64,000 nt of DNA, taken from the NCBI GenBank assembly GCA_965235115.1, contig OZ249442.1, forward strand, positions 21,452,001 to 21,516,000, read 5' to 3'. Source of the stretch: Laetmonice hystrix. Taxonomy: Eukaryota. A program made the translations under genes and the position numbers. Within the stretch, counting starts at the first letter, position 1. Every line of letters starts with the position of its first letter. Of the stretch, positions 24,390 through 35,813 are shown piece by piece. The notes below the pieces were generated by a model. The model did not search any database. It was not told where the DNA came from and was given only the letters and a program-made list of their open reading frames with translations.

Positions 24390-26615
24390 GGGTATACTAT
24401 TTTCCGAACGTTCAGGAAGGACCGATATTGGCCTCTATGTTGCTTGCAGTCAAATCGTATCGGAGATAAAGACAGGAGGTCAGAAACCCAGCTTGGTCCT
24501 CCCCGAGGCCTACATTCGCTTTCCCACTTTTAACATTTGACTGCCTCGGGCAGGTCACCGGATACTCGTAATCCGGATGAAAGAATCCAAAAGATTTGCT
24601 CCAACATTTGGGGATGAAAATAAAATAATGTGTCCCTTTTCTGTGTGGTTTATTTTTTCAAACGCGATGCGCGTCCTTCCAGCATGCTTATCATGTCATT
24701 TTATGCCTCTCAGTTTATGTTCGACCTTGACACATGTTTTTACAGTCAGCCGAAGTATGAAGAGGATCGAGTGGTTTGCGTTATATTTTGATCGACATTG
24801 CTCATTGTTCGTTTTATAATAAAAATGCGTAGGTAAACTATTCTATAGACGCCAACATAAGACTATACATCGTAGTACCAAGTACGAGAGCAACTCCCAA
24901 AACATTATGACATTGCCTAAATCATTAACGGTGCAGAAAAGTGCTTGCATCTCGTGAGTTTGACCAAACAGCTGCAGAAGTCTTCGCGCATCCCATCCGC
25001 CAAGACACGTAAAGTCTCATGAGCCTGCTGCCGCGCACGCCAACCACTGAGACTACGACCATGCCATTACCACAAATTAAGAGTCTCCTGCGATTAATAA
25101 AAAAATCGGGGGAAAAAACCTTTTCCTCTTTTTTCTAGCAGTTATTTTAACGACATTAGTTGTCCTTTATATTTCACTGTCCAACCCAGCTGCAGACGTT
25201 GAGTTTGACGGAGAGTATTGAAGAGACCAGAAGTGTGTTTGTCATTACAAGGGAGCAGTCAGTTATCCTACCCGTGGGACAGATATATATGGACAGAAGG
25301 TTTGATAGGCTTATACCAACAACAGCCACTAAACCAGGCCCTACTTCATTATCTGGTATCCACCCTCCTCCTGGGGAATACCAATGCTCTAAATCTTTGG
25401 CGCTCTAAAATATTATCGCGCTGGCATGCATTATTCATAGAGTAGTTATTGAATTGAATTGAAACATTATATTTTTATTTGTCATTACATTTCATTTCAT
25501 TTGTTATAGAGGTCTATTTGTTTAGAGTGTTAGGTGACTGGCCTATATGGTGTTGGTACTATAACTTTGACGTTCTCATCGTTTGTAACGATAACACACT
25601 AACGTTTACGGCATAATGAAAGGGACTGATCTTCCTGTATGCCACACCCCAACGTCAGCCAATTGTCACAGCGTATTTTAATAGTTCCCACCGGTTCTGG
25701 TGCTTATATCACCTCTCGGCCTTTCCCGTTCGTCACTCCGAAGATAAACTTGCATGGGATATAGGTGCAATCTTCGGGTTCCATTTCCGAAGTGGCGATG
25801 TAAACAAGCCTCAAATTGATTATATGGTTTCTGTATAGATTCAAAGGCGAAAGAAAAACATTGCTAATAGTCATCACCCATTGATTGGAACCGAGCAGGA
25901 AGATAGCTATTCAATCGTTTGTAAAAGGAGGGAGGGGGTTAACCCTATCTTTCCACATGTCCACACGTCACCCCCTCCCAATGCTATACTTCTCGAATGA
26001 GGAAAAATGAGAGATTTGATCGAGTCCTAAATGCCTAACGCCTACAACGCGATGCTCTCAAATGTTAAGATCGCCTTTGACAAAAATATGTCGAAATTCC
26101 TTCCCTGTGAATTCGGTATAGACTCGAAGAACTAATGCCTAACGTCGACACACACTATATGATAAAACCGCCACCGAATGTTGGAAAGTACAACATATTG
26201 AAAACGCACATGGCATGGTTAATGTGAACGGTAAACCTCAAGAGATGTTGAATTTTATTGGATAGAAGTGGAGTGTCACGTATCGGAGCGCTACGTCTCC
26301 TACAGCACACAAATTGTATTAATTAGCAAGCTCTGGAACGGATCAGTATGCAACACGTAAAATCCCTCGGAGATGTACTTTTGGCAGGAAAATGACAGGC
26401 GTATAATTTCCCAGATGCAAATTCGTATCTGCGATTGATCCGCAAGTGCGCTCCTAATTAAATACCTAATTATATTGCACCCTTTACCTAAGATATACTA
26501 TCTTTCCGGGAAGCCACTTTCTTCCTATTAGCCGTTTCCATTTGCAGATGTAACCTGCGCAATAATATTTGAAACGAACCGCTGCTCTCTTCGGGATACA
26601 CTGCTGTGTAAAACT

Positions 26616-26738
26616 CCTGTTCACAGTGGAGTGGGGTAACAAAGATTACACGGTACGGGGAACCCCAAAGAATCCAAACCCAACCCCTGTTCACAGTGGA
26701 GTGGGGTAACAAAAGATTACACGGTAATCCCGTGTAAT
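26616..26738. repeat. 40-bp direct repeat (period 70) ending in a 10-bp hairpin
   Basis: cctgttcacagtggagtggggtaacaaagattacacggta at 26616 and 26686; gattacacgg / ccgtgtaatc stem at 26714-26738. Confidence 0.85.
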
Positions 26739-28782
26739 CCCAAATTTTACAAACAGAATTTCCCTAAAACGTAACACTGTTCCATACGGATTGATTTGAT
26801 TGTACACTTAAAGCGACAGTCTCGTCCTTCAGCATTGTGCGATAGGCTAGCCATCCTAACTGTCGTCAGTTCCTATGCTGTAGGCCGGTTGTTTAAAGGG
26901 GTACGCTACCATGCCTTTTCTGTACCCCCCCGTCTTTAGAACGTTAAATAGAAATACAAAAAAAAACACAATTGCAATCTTTAGACTGCCATGACAGCGT
27001 CTAGATATAACCACTGTCCGCCGACTCACCACTAAACAAATGTTCACGTAAAGGTCGCATAAATGTGTCGTAATATGCTGAGCGACCATGGTAATAGACA
27101 ACTGAATGATAAGCTCATGAAGACTGGCTCTCATCGCTGGTATTCCACTGCACAATGGAATGCAGACAAGTCCAGACCAGAAAGTGTTGTTCACAATGAT
27201 CTTCTTCCAACTCCTATATCACTCTCCATTCTTCTGACGCATGTATAGGCCACTCTAGGATATCATTGCCTCTAGCCCCATCAAGTATCCGCCGCATCGG
27301 GAAAGGTGACACTATTATGAATCCATATGAATAGACCCGTCATGTAAGGCGAGAGAATGAATACCATTACCAGCGCCACCTTCCGGATGGACAACATGAG
27401 TAGCCGTTGTCTCCGCCAGCGTCTGTCTAGCGCTGGTTGTAGGTGAGTTCCCCTAAAGTCTCCGGGGGAGACCATAGCGTGCCAAGATTACGCCTTCAGA
27501 GTACGTCTCTCCCAAAGGGCTCCTCTGTGCGACATTATGGTCGCTCCGCCGGTCTCCTGAGGCTGGGGCGATTGTTACAAAGTGTCACAAATCTTCAAAA
27601 GAAACGTGGCCTGCATTGCTGTATCACCTCCGCGAGGTGGAAACGGAAGGTACCTCCCGAGAAACCTCCACCCCCATCACATCGAGCCCTCTCTCCTCCT
27701 GCAATCAGTCACCCTGAATAAAAGTCGGTCCACACGTTTAGTTACCCCTATCGCCCTGATGTAAAACGTTGAACATAACACGCGCAACAATTTCTTGTGT
27801 CACTTTTGCAACCGCTGCGGATGCGGCTTCAGGAGGCGGCCAGGGCACGCCCCCCTTTGCTAGACGCCTAACAAAATAGTCTTTATAAAATAGCCCAGAG
27901 AGCGTATATTTTGTTGAGCTCAATATAATCCTGGCGGTTGCCGACGGGTTGAAAGCCACTCCAAATAGCCCCAAACGCCTCCAGATCACCCGTTTATCCC
28001 CTGAATAGAAACCCCGTAGGCCTACACTACCTCATTCTGACTATCCCCTCTCGTATAGTGTTACCGGATCATGTAACGGTTGCACGTAGCTGGCAGACCT
28101 CTTGCTGTGTCCATCATCAAGGCCATCGCCTAGCTTGACTTGGGGTCGACCAGCCGGTAATCCTATATTATAATATTTGCTGGGAGTCAGTGACCTAAGG
28201 TTACAACGCCTATCGTAGAATGGCATTGGCCAATTAGGAAGGTTCATGGGGACGCTGTTGTTAGGATGAGAACATGAATGTACCCTGGGTGGGATATCGC
28301 CATCCGTTGTCGGAGCTGTTATATCTGATTACTGGGACCTAATTGATGAAGACCGGTTGGTGAGGATGACAGTCTGACTCTATACGACCCCGTAAAGTCC
28401 TCTTAGAACAGCATTTATGCGTGGTTGGTAAAACATGGTTATTTCTATAGGTTACCAATTCCGTACCTGCTGCGAATGCCTTTTAGATCGGGAATGTCTG
28501 TTTGCGCTTCCTCTTCGAAATGGGTCTGCAGACACCGTTCCTAAATGCAGCGGTAGCTTTGAGCACTGGCTAGCGAACGGTTTGAGACCCAGGCTGAGAG
28601 CCATGGGAGCTATAATTATAGGGGAGGTAGGAATCATCCCCAAAAGTCGCTCCCGACAGGGTTCCAAGGCCTAATCATCATCTTCATCATCATCAACCAA
28701 AGAACTAAATAAGTGAAAAAACTTGTTCTTGTCCTGGAGATGTCCAACAGTTGCGGATGCCCCCACCCACCCACCAATCAAT

Positions 28783-28841
28783 CCACCGCCCCCACCGCCC
28801 CCACCGCCCCCACCGCCCCCACCGCCCCCACCGCCCCCACC
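28783..28841. repeat. (CCACCGCCC)6.5 GC-rich microsatellite
   Basis: Exact 9-bp periodicity. Confidence 0.95.
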
Positions 28842-28855
28842 AGCCTGGTCTTGTT

Positions 28856-29428
28856 ACCGGCCTTGTCTCGGGAACACTGAAGGATGGCTTCGCCCTCTCA
28901 CGATCAGCTTCATGGCGCATGACAGATATTTAAGGCAGCTTCTCCAACAAGAGGTGAGAAGATGCCCACAACGTGGTCTCAGTGTATAGTAAAACAATGC
29001 GTCACCCAGTAATATGTTACTGTCAGCGGCCTGACGGTGTCTGGACCACGCTCGGAGGCTGGGATCCCTGGGGGCACATACACGTCACGGTCTCCAACAG
29101 TTGTTATCCATTGTGGACCCTCGGAGACGGGAAAACGAGACCGGCCTTGTCTCGGGAACACTGAAGGATGGCTTCGCCCTCTCACGATCAGCTTCATGGC
29201 GCATGACAGATATTTAAGGCAGCTTCTCCAACAAGAGGTGAGAAGATGCCCACAACGTGGTCTCAGTGTATAGTAAAACAATGCGTCACCCAGTAATATG
29301 TTACCGTCAGCGGCCTGACGGTGTCTGGACCACGCTCGGAGGCTGGGATCCCTGGGGGCACATACACGTCACGGTCTCCAACAGTTGTTATCCATTGTGG
29401 ACCCTCGGAGACGGGAAAACGAGACCGG
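28856..29428. repeat. 284-bp tandem duplication (2 copies)
   Basis: Copies start at 28856 and 29140. One difference seen (gttactgtc/gttaccgtc); accgg is present at all three junctions. Confidence 0.95.
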
Positions 29429-31138
29429 AAGCTAAACAGAAGGATACGGAAACTCATACCAGATTCTTGAAGTTCTCCTCATTCATAGTTAGATAACTCA
29501 ATATGGGGTCAATATATAGAACCTCAGGCTCCATATTTCATGTAAAAATGGAGTAGTGATATAATAGGGTGACCATTGTAGGTTTTGTTACAGGGTGAGT
29601 TCCGCAAAGAAAAAAGATCGTATTGGTTGAAGAGATAATATGACGGTAGTACTGGGCGGTTTCCTTGAGGTTTCCCTTCTGGTATCCGGCACCGTCATAA
29701 TAACAAAACACGACAAATCATCTTTCCTCTTCAGTTGTCCTTCCTCTATTGAGATCGCTTCTAGCACCAGCCATATAATATATGACCTGCATATACCGAT
29801 CTACCGAAGGTATAGACCCTACCTACAGTTTGACACGTAATTTGTTAGACGACCTCATAATATGCAGGTGCCCATCTATATTTGGTGGAAGATCGCCAGT
29901 TGGCAGTGTTCATTGTGTTCAAAGTGTTCATTGTTTGTCCGCAAGCATACGTCCTTTCTTTAATATTCGATAGCACAATTACAGAGGGCAGTCAATATGA
30001 GCAGACATCAATATTGATGGGGTTATTAATGGCATTATTGGATTGACAACTGCAATGAAAAGGGTGTCATGCATCCACGCAGAGGCACTAAAACCGTTAA
30101 ATCAGTGTGATTTGTATTGGAGTTTTCGAGCCTCCACCCAAAGTCGCCGGCCATATGTCAAGAATCCAAGTGGCCTATAAATTTGTCACTAGAATTAACA
30201 ATAAATGATACGGAACAGCTCCAGTAACACTGAAGCTTCTAGGTGAGTCAAACGGTTCGCAATATTCGCTTTCAACATCTCCTTTTCAGGGTGTCTTGTT
30301 ACCCTTTTGGCGCAACACCGGTCCTATTTTACTGGTTTATGTTTGGATGTTATGAGGTGACATAGTAAGCCAAACCTCCAAAATTCAACCAGCGTCTATT
30401 GCCCCAAGCCTGACAACACAGCCCCCTGCTCTGCCCTCTCAGATGACAGATAATAAAGCGTGTGCCTTTTCACGGCAGTCCAGCAGGTGGATTACATTGT
30501 GATGGAGCCAGTCTGTGCCTCTCTTGCAACATCCGAAACACCTGCGTTGGTTACAGCACGCACATCCGTTCCAACAACTTGGCCGGGATCACGGGTTGTT
30601 CCTGCACAATCCCCACGCTGTCAGTGTTTGAAACTACATCAATTTATATTAATTATCGCCATGGAATGTTGTCAAGGAATTTGTATGGTGATTTGTTGCA
30701 CACAGCTGGAGAACAATTCAATGTATCCTGGTGTTCATATTCTAGCGTTATTACTTCAAGTGGCACCCCAAATTCCTCAAATGCTGAAGCCCAGTGACAC
30801 CATGTTAAAATTCCAGGTTCGAGCGATAGATTATGTCCAAATATGGCTGCAGAATCGGCGTGAAAGCCATGACAGCGGAGACATACACCATTTTAAAAAA
30901 TACTTTCGCCTATCGCTCGAACCTGAAATTTTAACATGTTGTCACTGGGGTTCAAAGGTAGGATTTTGGGGGTGCCACTTTACAGGCAGGGCCATTAGCC
31001 TGTCCGAAGTTTTTTTTTGTTTTAGGCAACCAACGTTTTACTTGATGCCGTAATGTAAGTAGACACGAAGGTACATATATAGTTTGTCTCAGAGTCGCTT
31101 CATTAGCGAGAAAAAAATCTTGGATTCGCCAATGTTGA

Positions 31139-31357
31139 CATTATCGAGTCACTGACACTGACGGGAAGGTGGGGACATGTCCGACCGGCGGCCGTGACAT
31201 TATCCAGTCACTGACACTGATGGGAAGGTGGGGACATCCAGTCACTGACACTGATGGGAAGGTGGGGACATCCAGTCACTGACACTGATGGGAAGGTGGG
31301 GACATCCAGTCACTGACACTGATGGGAAGGTGGGGACATGAACCGACCGGCGGCCGT
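31139..31357. repeat. 34-bp minisatellite core with 59-bp outer units
   Basis: tccagtcactgacactgatgggaaggtggggaca at 31203, 31237, 31271 and 31305. The first and last units carry an extra ccgaccggcggccgt tail. Confidence 0.9.
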
Positions 31358-32217
31358 CAGGTCCGAGCGGGACTATGCACTAAACTCTCTGAGTCCCCGG
31401 GTTCTACCTGCGTTCATTCTACCTCCAATGAACCTGCGTTCATTCTGCGTTCATCTACCTCCAAACTTCACCAACAATGAATATAACACGTTTTACAACC
31501 TCTAGGCAATTTCCGTCCAGATAATATTATGATATATGGATCATTGGCAGCCACCGGGTGTAGACTACACTTAAAGCAATCAGAGTATATCTCTTATTTC
31601 AATGGCTCGAAAATGCAGGTTTACATAAGGATGTTAGGTTAGATAAAACCTTATAGCCGGTGCCCACAATACGACTTGCTAAGACGCGACAGTTGAGTTG
31701 TTATTTTTCCCGATTCCCGACTACACGACAGTTGTTGGGCCCAACCGTATACGATTCCCGGTCACCGACTCGAAACTCGTCATATCTCGTCTTATCTAGT
31801 CGCCGATTGCATGCATACTACACGACTGTCAGTCTCAAGTTATCGGCGATTGCTCAGATAGCCGATCCTCGACTGAAAATCGTGTACTAAAATACTACGA
31901 ATTCAATCCTATAAACATAGGATCTTATCTGCAGCATGTTTGCTAGCAGTCAGGTGGTCATTAGGTAGGGGCATTATTATTCTATTATTTATTTTACCTC
32001 CGCTTTAATGTATTTAATCGTTTGTCCGAGGCTGGGCGACATTTCTCAGACTGGTCTCAGACTGTCTGCCGGTTCTGGCCGAGCAGTTTTTGGTCGGCAA
32101 ACCCTAGCAACTGACCGGCAATCAGTTGGCGAAATATACACGAGCAATCGCCGACCATTGGCCAACCAACAACAACTGTCCGCTGATCTGCTCTTTCACA
32201 TCCAAAATACTAAAACC

Positions 32218-32474
32218 ATGCCCAGGGGGAGTCTCCACGAAGGCGAGGGGCAAGGGTAAGAGAGCTAGACGAGCCCAGACAGACAATAACAGTGATGGCA
32301 GCCTGATGCCCATGCCCAAACAAGTGGCAAGTGAGGACGAGGAAGAGAAAGAAGAACCCCTGATGATGGAGACTAAGGGTGGTCCCCATTAAACCACTGA
32401 GTCAGAGGAGATCCCAGCCTCTCCAGCAGTCCCAAGCTCAGAGACCAGCAAGAAAGACGACCTGCCGTTTCTAG
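32218..32474 (+). pseudogene. 5' stub of a basic/acidic protein, putative Harbinger accessory (Myb/SANT-type) ORF
   Basis: aaaaccATG, then with one frameshift MPRG/VSTKARGKGKRARRA...SEDEEEKEE...; one in-frame stop; the reading breaks at the junction. No Myb domain is visible. Confidence 0.35.
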
Positions 32475-32475
32475 T

Positions 32476-32646
32476 CTGCTCTTTCACATCCAAAATCCAT
32501 GGCCTCGTCCAGAACTGTCCCCATCGTCTCCCAGTTCTTCATCTCTGGTACAGCAGAACAGCCAATGCAGCAGCGTCATTTTCCTCTTCGTGTTGCATCA
32601 TCAATCCCAGCATCTGTAGTTGTCTTGGTTGAAATGGCAGAACCAT
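32476..32646 (-). pseudogene. 5' stub of a PIF/Harbinger (HARBI1-like) transposase
   Basis: Reads MVLPFQPRQLQMLGLMMQHEEENDAAALAVLLYQR*RTGRRWGQFWTRPWIL, fitting the hydrophobic stretch / Arg run / W-x-R-P-W N-terminus of these transposases. TGA at 32539-32541 could be CGA decay. Confidence 0.55.
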
Positions 32647-35284
32647 GTTGGGATGTTTCGTCTTCATCAGCTTGTGGAATACTGAGTGATTCCTCCAGGA
32701 GCCCCATATTTATACCCCCTATAGTACTCTTTGAGAGACGAACGAACGAACATCGGCAGCTAATCTGTAACTAGTTGTTCATTATCGCCGATAAATCGCC
32801 GACCAGTTGCCGATTATTTGACAACATTCCAACGAGTGGTTGCCCATCAGTCTTCAATAATTTTGACAATTTTCGTACGACACTCGGGAACCTGTCGCAC
32901 TACCGATCGGCAACTACTCGCCAAATTAAATTTATGGCATGTTTGGGGATTTTGGTCGGCAGTGGTTGTCGTTGGTCGCAGCTTTTTTTGATTGCCAGAG
33001 GTCGACAGTTGCTCGTATCTCTTGTATGACTGGGTCTAAGGGTTCTGCCAATATACGAATCCATAGACCCCCCCCCCCCCCCGGAACACGATGCCCTTCG
33101 TGACGATCACTGCACGTTCAAACGCATTTTATAGTTTAACTATTTCAACCCTTAGAAAGCGAAGGGGCTTTGATGATCTGGCGTGTTACAGTCCTTATCG
33201 AAAAGAACCGGATGGCCCCCAGTTCTGCCATGGGACATTGGTGCATGCTTAGCCAGTTCTTCACGCATGCGCAGACCCAGGAACTTGTAAACATCTGATT
33301 CCGACACTTGTATCCACCAGCACTTGGCCGAGTTGATAGACTTTGCCTTCAGGGAGTCCATAAACCACAGCTGCAGACATTGCCTGAGCAAATAACTTCG
33401 CAAACTTCACTCCTTGAGGTGTTATTACTGTTGAATGGCGCAGAAAAAGAATGGCTTTAGGCGTGGCCGAGCGGTAATTCCTTTGTCAATAGACTAAACA
33501 GGAAGTGTTCGCATATATAGAGTGGCGGGGATGGGAGACTCCCGGAAGTGGGGCCGACTCTTTAGGCAGCAGGGCGTACCGTCATGCAGTTTTATGGATC
33601 GGAACTCGGCACGCCAGGAGCACCTCTCCAGACGGCCCACTTTGATCGGAGGACAAGACGCTAATCCTGGGGTGTCTATGACCTATTGACGGGAGTCAGT
33701 GCGTGAGCGGGGATGAGGGCCCCGTTAGTAATTTTTCGGGACATTTACCATTGGCCTAGTTTACGCTATATGCGCATGTATGAGGCGAAACGTTATCCAT
33801 GCATATCAAGCACCTTACATTCATATTGTAATGTTGTTTTTCATTTATACTGGTTTCAATAATCATACCACCACCCTTGGCATCAAATAGATATTTGGCA
33901 CCAATTCATAAGTTACAAGTAAAGTAGTAATAATAATAAAAAGAAGATTAAGTCTGCCACCGGCGTCGAGATCTCTCTCTAGGGGCCTCTGATAAAGTTC
34001 CTTCACCATCTACTCTTTAACATGTGTGAACAGAATCGATAAGATAACCATTCAGTGCCCTAAACTCCATCAATGGTGAGGAAGCAACCACAAATGTTAA
34101 CATTCTTCGCGCGAGACAACCTCTCTAATTGGGCGGCATTTTGAAGACCCCATTAGGCGCATACCAATTGCATGTTAAGTATCGTCATTCTCATTCTAAT
34201 GTTCTGTTAATTATTGGCGTGTTTCAGGAACTCCTGAGCAAAGTACGAATGGGGAGAAGGTTCCCACGCAGGCCGAGGCCATGGCGTGAGCGGGATACGA
34301 GGATAACATACGATCTGAGCATGCGACCGGCAGGCCCTGACAATAACGTCGTCTCCATCGTCTATCTCAAAATATCGGAAACTGAAACCTTTATAAATTA
34401 ACAGAGAAATAAAGAAAAGAAAAGACAATTTGCTACGGACCGAAAAGTATAATTACGTTGTGTTCTATTATGTGTGAAGGTTGTGTTATAAGTTAAACGA
34501 CTGTTGTCTTAAGTGCTGGTTATCGAAGTGGAGAGTAGACAACGAAAGCTATGCTTCGTTTGAATGTCGTCAACATTTTAGGCGATTTACAGAATAAACG
34601 CATTTACAGCAGATAATTTCATTACGACAATTCCCGAGATGGCGCCCATAGGAACTCGATCACAGGCACATCATGTCAACATATAGGTCACCTGATAATT
34701 ACAAGACACGATTTCCCTCTGGTTAATTCCTGATAAAGCATGTACATCCTGTTTCTGGAATTGGACAAGGAAATGAATACATTTCCACGACGCTGGACAA
34801 ACGGGAAACATTGATGAAGTGAATTTACATTAGATTTGTTTATATCTGTTATGTATTATGAAGGCTCGACCTCACGACATGCATAATATAATTACCACCA
34901 GGCCTACACCGTTCGGTTATTATTTATTATCAAGAAATGTTGGCCTACTAAATCGGGGAGCACCAATTTTAAAATGCTGATATATGAGCTGGTATCTGAT
35001 ATTATATGTAGGAAAACGAAGGACAATGAATGCCGTGTGTTTCAAAATACATTGTTTGGCTTATGTTATTATATATGAGAATTATATATATATATATAAT
35101 ACTTGTTAACTAAACTGTAGATAGTAAGAACTGTCAGCCCTGGACCCAACAACCAAGTCATAAATATCCATGACCAAGGCGTCTGGCTGACCGTTCTGTG
35201 CGCCAAGCCTCTTTCTGGACATCAGTAGATTGCCACGTGACCATCTGGCTCAACGCTCTCACACAGCCGTGATAGCAATCTATG

Positions 35285-35650
35285 TGTTATAACAACTCAG
35301 TTATAACAGACGTTATAACAACTCAGTTATAACAGACGTTATAACAAATCAGTTATAACAGACGTTATAACAACTCAGTTATAACAGACGTTATAACAAC
35401 TCAGTTATAACAGACGTTATAACAAATCAGTTATAACAGGCGTTATAACAAATCAGTTATAACAGACGTTATAACAACTCAGTTATAACAGACGTTATAA
35501 CAACTCAGTTATAACAGACGTTATAACAACTCAGTTATAACAGACGTTATAACAAATCAGTTATAACAGACGTTATAACAAATCAGTTATAACAGACGTT
35601 ATAACAAATCAGTTATAACAGACGTTATAACGAATCAGTTATAACAAATC
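35285..35650. repeat. 26-bp minisatellite, about 14 copies, two GTTATAAC palindromes per unit
   Basis: Unit gttataacaactcagttataacagac, with caactc/caaatc variants. Confidence 0.95.
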
Positions 35651-35716
35651 TAAATTAAATTTTGGGCTCTGAGATAAATTAACATTTAACATGCACTACG
35701 TTATGTGACGCCAAAC

Positions 35717-35809
<93 letters not shown>
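35717..35809. repeat. (GA)n microsatellite
   Basis: Direct reading. Confidence 0.98.

Positions 35810-35813
<4 letters not shown>

Larger units (their letters stand above)
31654..33036. mobile_element. Probable internally deleted PIF/Harbinger transposon (boundaries approximate)
   Basis: Two convergent 5' ORF stubs meet at about 32475. Flanks share subterminal motifs (aatcgccgacca, ttttggtcggca). The right end ...gtatgactgggtc|taa is Harbinger-like; the left terminus and TSD are unconfirmed. Confidence 0.55.

Noticed and set aside
27240-29800. Possible decayed Polinton or viral coding region on the minus strand
   Set aside because: Only vague protein-like stretches with many stops; no diagnostic motif.
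30460-31053. 197-aa ORF
   Set aside because: GTG start, no recognisable domain or splice context; Cys-rich readings in other frames did not fit a CXC transposase tail convincingly.
33464-33475. tRNA/SINE A-box tggccgagcggt (a similar one is at ~23765)
   Set aside because: No B-box or cloverleaf downstream.
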